From: Alphaproteobacteria bacterium
Lineage (GTDB): Bacteria; Pseudomonadota; Alphaproteobacteria; Rs-D84
NCBI GenBank assembly: GCA_017962125.1
Contig: JAGCVZ010000011.1
Coordinates: 115,764-179,763, forward strand
Length of the DNA: 64,000 nt
Reading direction: 5' to 3'
The stretch's first letter is position 1, and each line of letters begins with the position of its first letter. Of this stretch, positions 61,456-64,000 are shown piece after piece. Below the pieces are notes generated by a model, which saw only the letters and a program-made list of their open reading frames with translations, searched no databases and was not told the origin of the DNA. The translations under genes and the position numbers were made by a program.

Positions 61456-61672
61456 CTCTCTCGCCCCTTATCTATTTACAATTATATCACACGTTTTTGG
61501 TTTTCCAAAATTCACCTATCAAAATTTTTCTTTCCCTTGTTTCGCCTTAGTTTCCTAACTTATACCGATTCGAAAAATCAACTTTCCCATTAAAAACACT
61601 CGAATCGATTTATTTGTGTTTAGCCACAAAAACAGATACATTTTAAATCATAGCCACGCATGTGGCATATGA

Positions 61673-62611
61673 CTAAAATTCATACCTAACCCCCACGGAA
61701 AACGCATTATCAACCACAAAACTAACGTCAGTTTTCAACGTTTCAAAAGGATAATCCGAATCCACAAATCTACGCGTAAGCGAAGGTCCATCAAACCCAG
61801 ACAAACGATAACGCAAATCTAATACGACAGAATCAGACAAATAGTATGAATAACCAACCATCAAGGCACCCGTTAATGTCGCTGTTGTCTTGGTCGAGCC
61901 CCCAGGAACAAAATGCGCAAAATCTAAAGAGACTTTCGGAAATGCCGCGCCAAGCCCTGCCCCTAAATAAAGTCCATTAGTAAATTCATAATACCCATTA
62001 ACAACAACATAAGATCCAGACAGCCCAAAAGTAAACCCACTGTCAGAATCCGAATATTTTGATATCAGCCCAAATTCAACATCTGTACGCCAAGACTGAT
62101 TAAAACGATACCCAACAAACAAATTTCCACCCATCACAGGTTTAAACCGATACCTATCATGATCCGCACTCGCATCCACGGCGACCGTAACATCCGAAGG
62201 TATAACAGAAACACTATATGTATTATTCCAACTAAGCAAATTTAAATCTAACCGACCACCAAGATACCAATGTCCATCATTAACAGTTTCTGTTACATAG
62301 AGGTCATCATAGTCGTACTCATCACTATCATAATACTCAGGCATCAGTTGATAGTCTGTGCGCCTGTTTTCCTGAGCACGTGGCACATATCCATAATCTT
62401 CACGAGCATGAATTGATGGCATCGCCCTAAAATCTGCAGCAGTAAATGTCTTTTGCCCCTCTGGCCTTCCAACTTTTATACGAATTGTCTGAACATTTTT
62501 CACATTTGACGAACACGAAGAACAACCAGAACACGAATTACAGCCAGCCAAAGCCTGCCCATAACCTACCACGGTTAACAAAGCAACCAAACTATAAAAA
62601 AATCTTTTCAT
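61673..62611 (-). CDS. Outer-membrane beta-barrel lipoprotein with N-terminal Cys/Ser-rich stretch
   Basis: Start MKRFFYSLVALLTVVGYGQALAGC (lipobox) with GGGAG ribosome-binding site; CNSCSGCSSCSS; C-terminal alternating beta strands ending GVRYEF. Confidence 0.6.
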   Translation of the reverse strand: MKRFFYSLVALLTVVGYGQALAGCNSCSGCSSCSSNVKNVQTIRIKVGRPEGQKTFTAADFRAMPSIHAREDYGYVPRAQENRRTDYQLMPEYYDSDEYDYDDLYVTETVNDGHWYLGGRLDLNLLSWNNTYSVSVIPSDVTVAVDASADHDRYRFKPVMGGNLFVGYRFNQSWRTDVEFGLISKYSDSDSGFTFGLSGSYVVVNGYYEFTNGLYLGAGLGAAFPKVSLDFAHFVPGGSTKTTATLTGALMVGYSYYLSDSVVLDLRYRLSGFDGPSLTRRFVDSDYPFETLKTDVSFVVDNAFSVGVRYEF

Positions 62612-62754
62612 TCTAATTCTCCCAAATCTTTTCTGCACAAAATTATATCATATTTAAACGGGTTATAAAAGATAAAAAACGTCTTTTTTTTGTTTTGGCT
62701 TTTTCTGATTTAACAGTCTTGACCCAAAAAAATTTTTTTACTAACATCCTAGGT

Positions 62755-63534
62755 ATGGAAGATAATACGATAATTTCTTTTGCGGGTGTCGGCGCACGTT
62801 ATGATAACGACCCTGACATATTAACGGATGTTTCCTTTAACATCAGTGCCGGTTCTTTTTATTTCTTGTCTGGCGCATCTGGGGCGGGGAAAACGACACT
62901 GTTACGGCTGATTTATCACCTGCATAAACCTTGTCGTGGAATGATAAAAATTTTTAGCATGCCTACAAATTCCATGTCGCGCGACGAAATTACTGAAATG
63001 CGTCACAAAATGGCGATAGTTTTTCAACAGTATTCTCTATTATCACACATATCGGTTTTTGATAATGTCGCATTACCATTGCGGGTTCGTGGCATGGACG
63101 AAGTAAAAATAAAAAAACTGGTTACGAAAACACTAGAATGGGTTGGGCTTGCAAAATACGCCAATGCAAATCCCAAATCGCTTAGTGGTGGGCAACAACA
63201 GCGGGTTTCTGTTGCACGTGCAATCATTATTCAACCATCAATAATGCTTGCCGACGAACCTACAGGAAATCTTGACGATGAAAATGCTTCTCGGTTAATG
63301 GAACTTTTTATTCAAATGAACAAGATGTTCAACACAACAATAATCCTTGCGACCCACAATTCCAAACTTATTGAAACATATAAATTTCCAATTATGCATA
63401 TTGAAAATCATAGACTAACATTCATTAACCCGAAACATGGGGTTATCCCAACCAAAAAGGTTGCACCAAAAATACAAAATTCTGAATATTTTTCGGATTT
63501 ATCAAAACAATTTAACGATATCGGAAATAAATAG
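62755..63534 (+). CDS. ftsE: Cell division ATP-binding protein FtsE
   Basis: Walker A GASGAGKTT, signature LSGGQQQRV, Walker B LADEPTGNLD; followed 2 nt later by ftsX. The track start 62695 is upstream with no ribosome-binding site. Confidence 0.85.
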   Translation: MEDNTIISFAGVGARYDNDPDILTDVSFNISAGSFYFLSGASGAGKTTLLRLIYHLHKPCRGMIKIFSMPTNSMSRDEITEMRHKMAIVFQQYSLLSHISVFDNVALPLRVRGMDEVKIKKLVTKTLEWVGLAKYANANPKSLSGGQQQRVSVARAIIIQPSIMLADEPTGNLDDENASRLMELFIQMNKMFNTTIILATHNSKLIETYKFPIMHIENHRLTFINPKHGVIPTKKVAPKIQNSEYFSDLSKQFNDIGNK

Positions 63535-63536
63535 AC

Positions 63537-64000
63537 ATGAAGAAACCTGTTGCTTTTTCACTATTTCATGACCAATCCGTTTTCATGACGGCAGTCATGG
63601 GGCTAATGACGTTTTTGGCGGTACTATCCCTGGGGCTGGCACTTGCAATTGGCACAGGGATTATAAATTGGAATCGCCAATGGAATGTACACGCCACCGT
63701 TCAGGTTGTAAACACTGATAAGGTAGATACAGTAAAAAAAGTTTTTAACACCAATCAGGATAAAATTGACACTATGCGCCAACTTGATGAAACAGAAATG
63801 TCAAAACTTATGAAACCATGGCTTGGTGGCGGTAATGGTGTATTAAAAAAATACTTGCCAATTATGTTCGAAATAAAATTCAAATCCAAATCTGACATGG
63901 ATACTGTCGGGAACTTAATTGGTAACAACGCACGATTTATTCCACATTATGACGCACTAAAACCATCAATATCGGCTGGGTGGAAAATGATAACCATTCT
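63537..64000 (+). CDS. ftsX: Cell division permease FtsX (3'-partial, runs off window)
   Basis: N-terminal transmembrane helix then a periplasmic domain; gene order ftsE-ftsX. Confidence 0.8.
   Translation, partial: MKKPVAFSLFHDQSVFMTAVMGLMTFLAVLSLGLALAIGTGIINWNRQWNVHATVQVVNTDKVDTVKKVFNTNQDKIDTMRQLDETEMSKLMKPWLGGGNGVLKKYLPIMFEIKFKSKSDMDTVGNLIGNNARFIPHYDALKPSISAGWKMITI

Noticed and set aside
50136-62638. ORF-track start codons for A2M (50136, TTG), pbpC (55873), the beta-barrel lipoprotein (62638, GTG), ftsE (62695), tyrS (45881), flavodoxin (3321), the esterase (40711, TTG) and the lipoprotein at 35045 (GTG)
   Set aside because: Downstream ATG starts with better Shine-Dalgarno spacing and canonical N-termini (signal peptides, conserved first residues) were preferred; the track appears to extend ORFs to the most upstream alternative start.

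Overview
This is a 64 kb AT-rich chromosomal segment of a Gram-negative bacterium. Rho, GroEL and enolase sequences, a Sca-like autotransporter and many secreted Cys-rich proteins suggest an alphaproteobacterial, probably host-associated (Rickettsiales/Holosporales-like) lineage; that assignment is inference from sequence recall only. Housekeeping genes seen: TatD-family hydrolase, tcdA, tRNA-Pro, Nudix hydrolase, flavodoxin, rho, ssb, eno, groES-groEL, tyrS, rpsB-tsf, lptC-lptB, ctpA, an EnvC-like M23 activator, a large single-chain pyruvate:ferredoxin oxidoreductase, and ftsE-ftsX. A split MacAB-TolC-type efflux operon and a CarD/CdnL regulator are also present. Accessory blocks include a tandem quartet of small two-helix membrane-protein paralogs carrying duplicated consensus sigma70 promoters, an island of secreted Cys-rich, coiled-coil and OmpA-like surface proteins (19.2-29.5 kb), and a thioester-containing alpha-2-macroglobulin plus pbpC pair flanked by three fibrous secreted paralogs. 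There is also a SemiSWEET, a superinfection-immunity-family miniprotein coupled to eno, and a low-GC GNAT islet inserted at tRNA-Pro. A dispersed GT-rich hexamer motif (TTAGTG/TAAGTG) recurs next to GC-rich GGGCGC...GCGCCC terminator hairpins. No CRISPR array, restriction-modification system, transposase or prophage was recognised. The most unusual content is the paralogous small-membrane-protein array and the modular Cys-rich coiled-coil and glycine-zipper surface protein pair; neither matches a family I can name.
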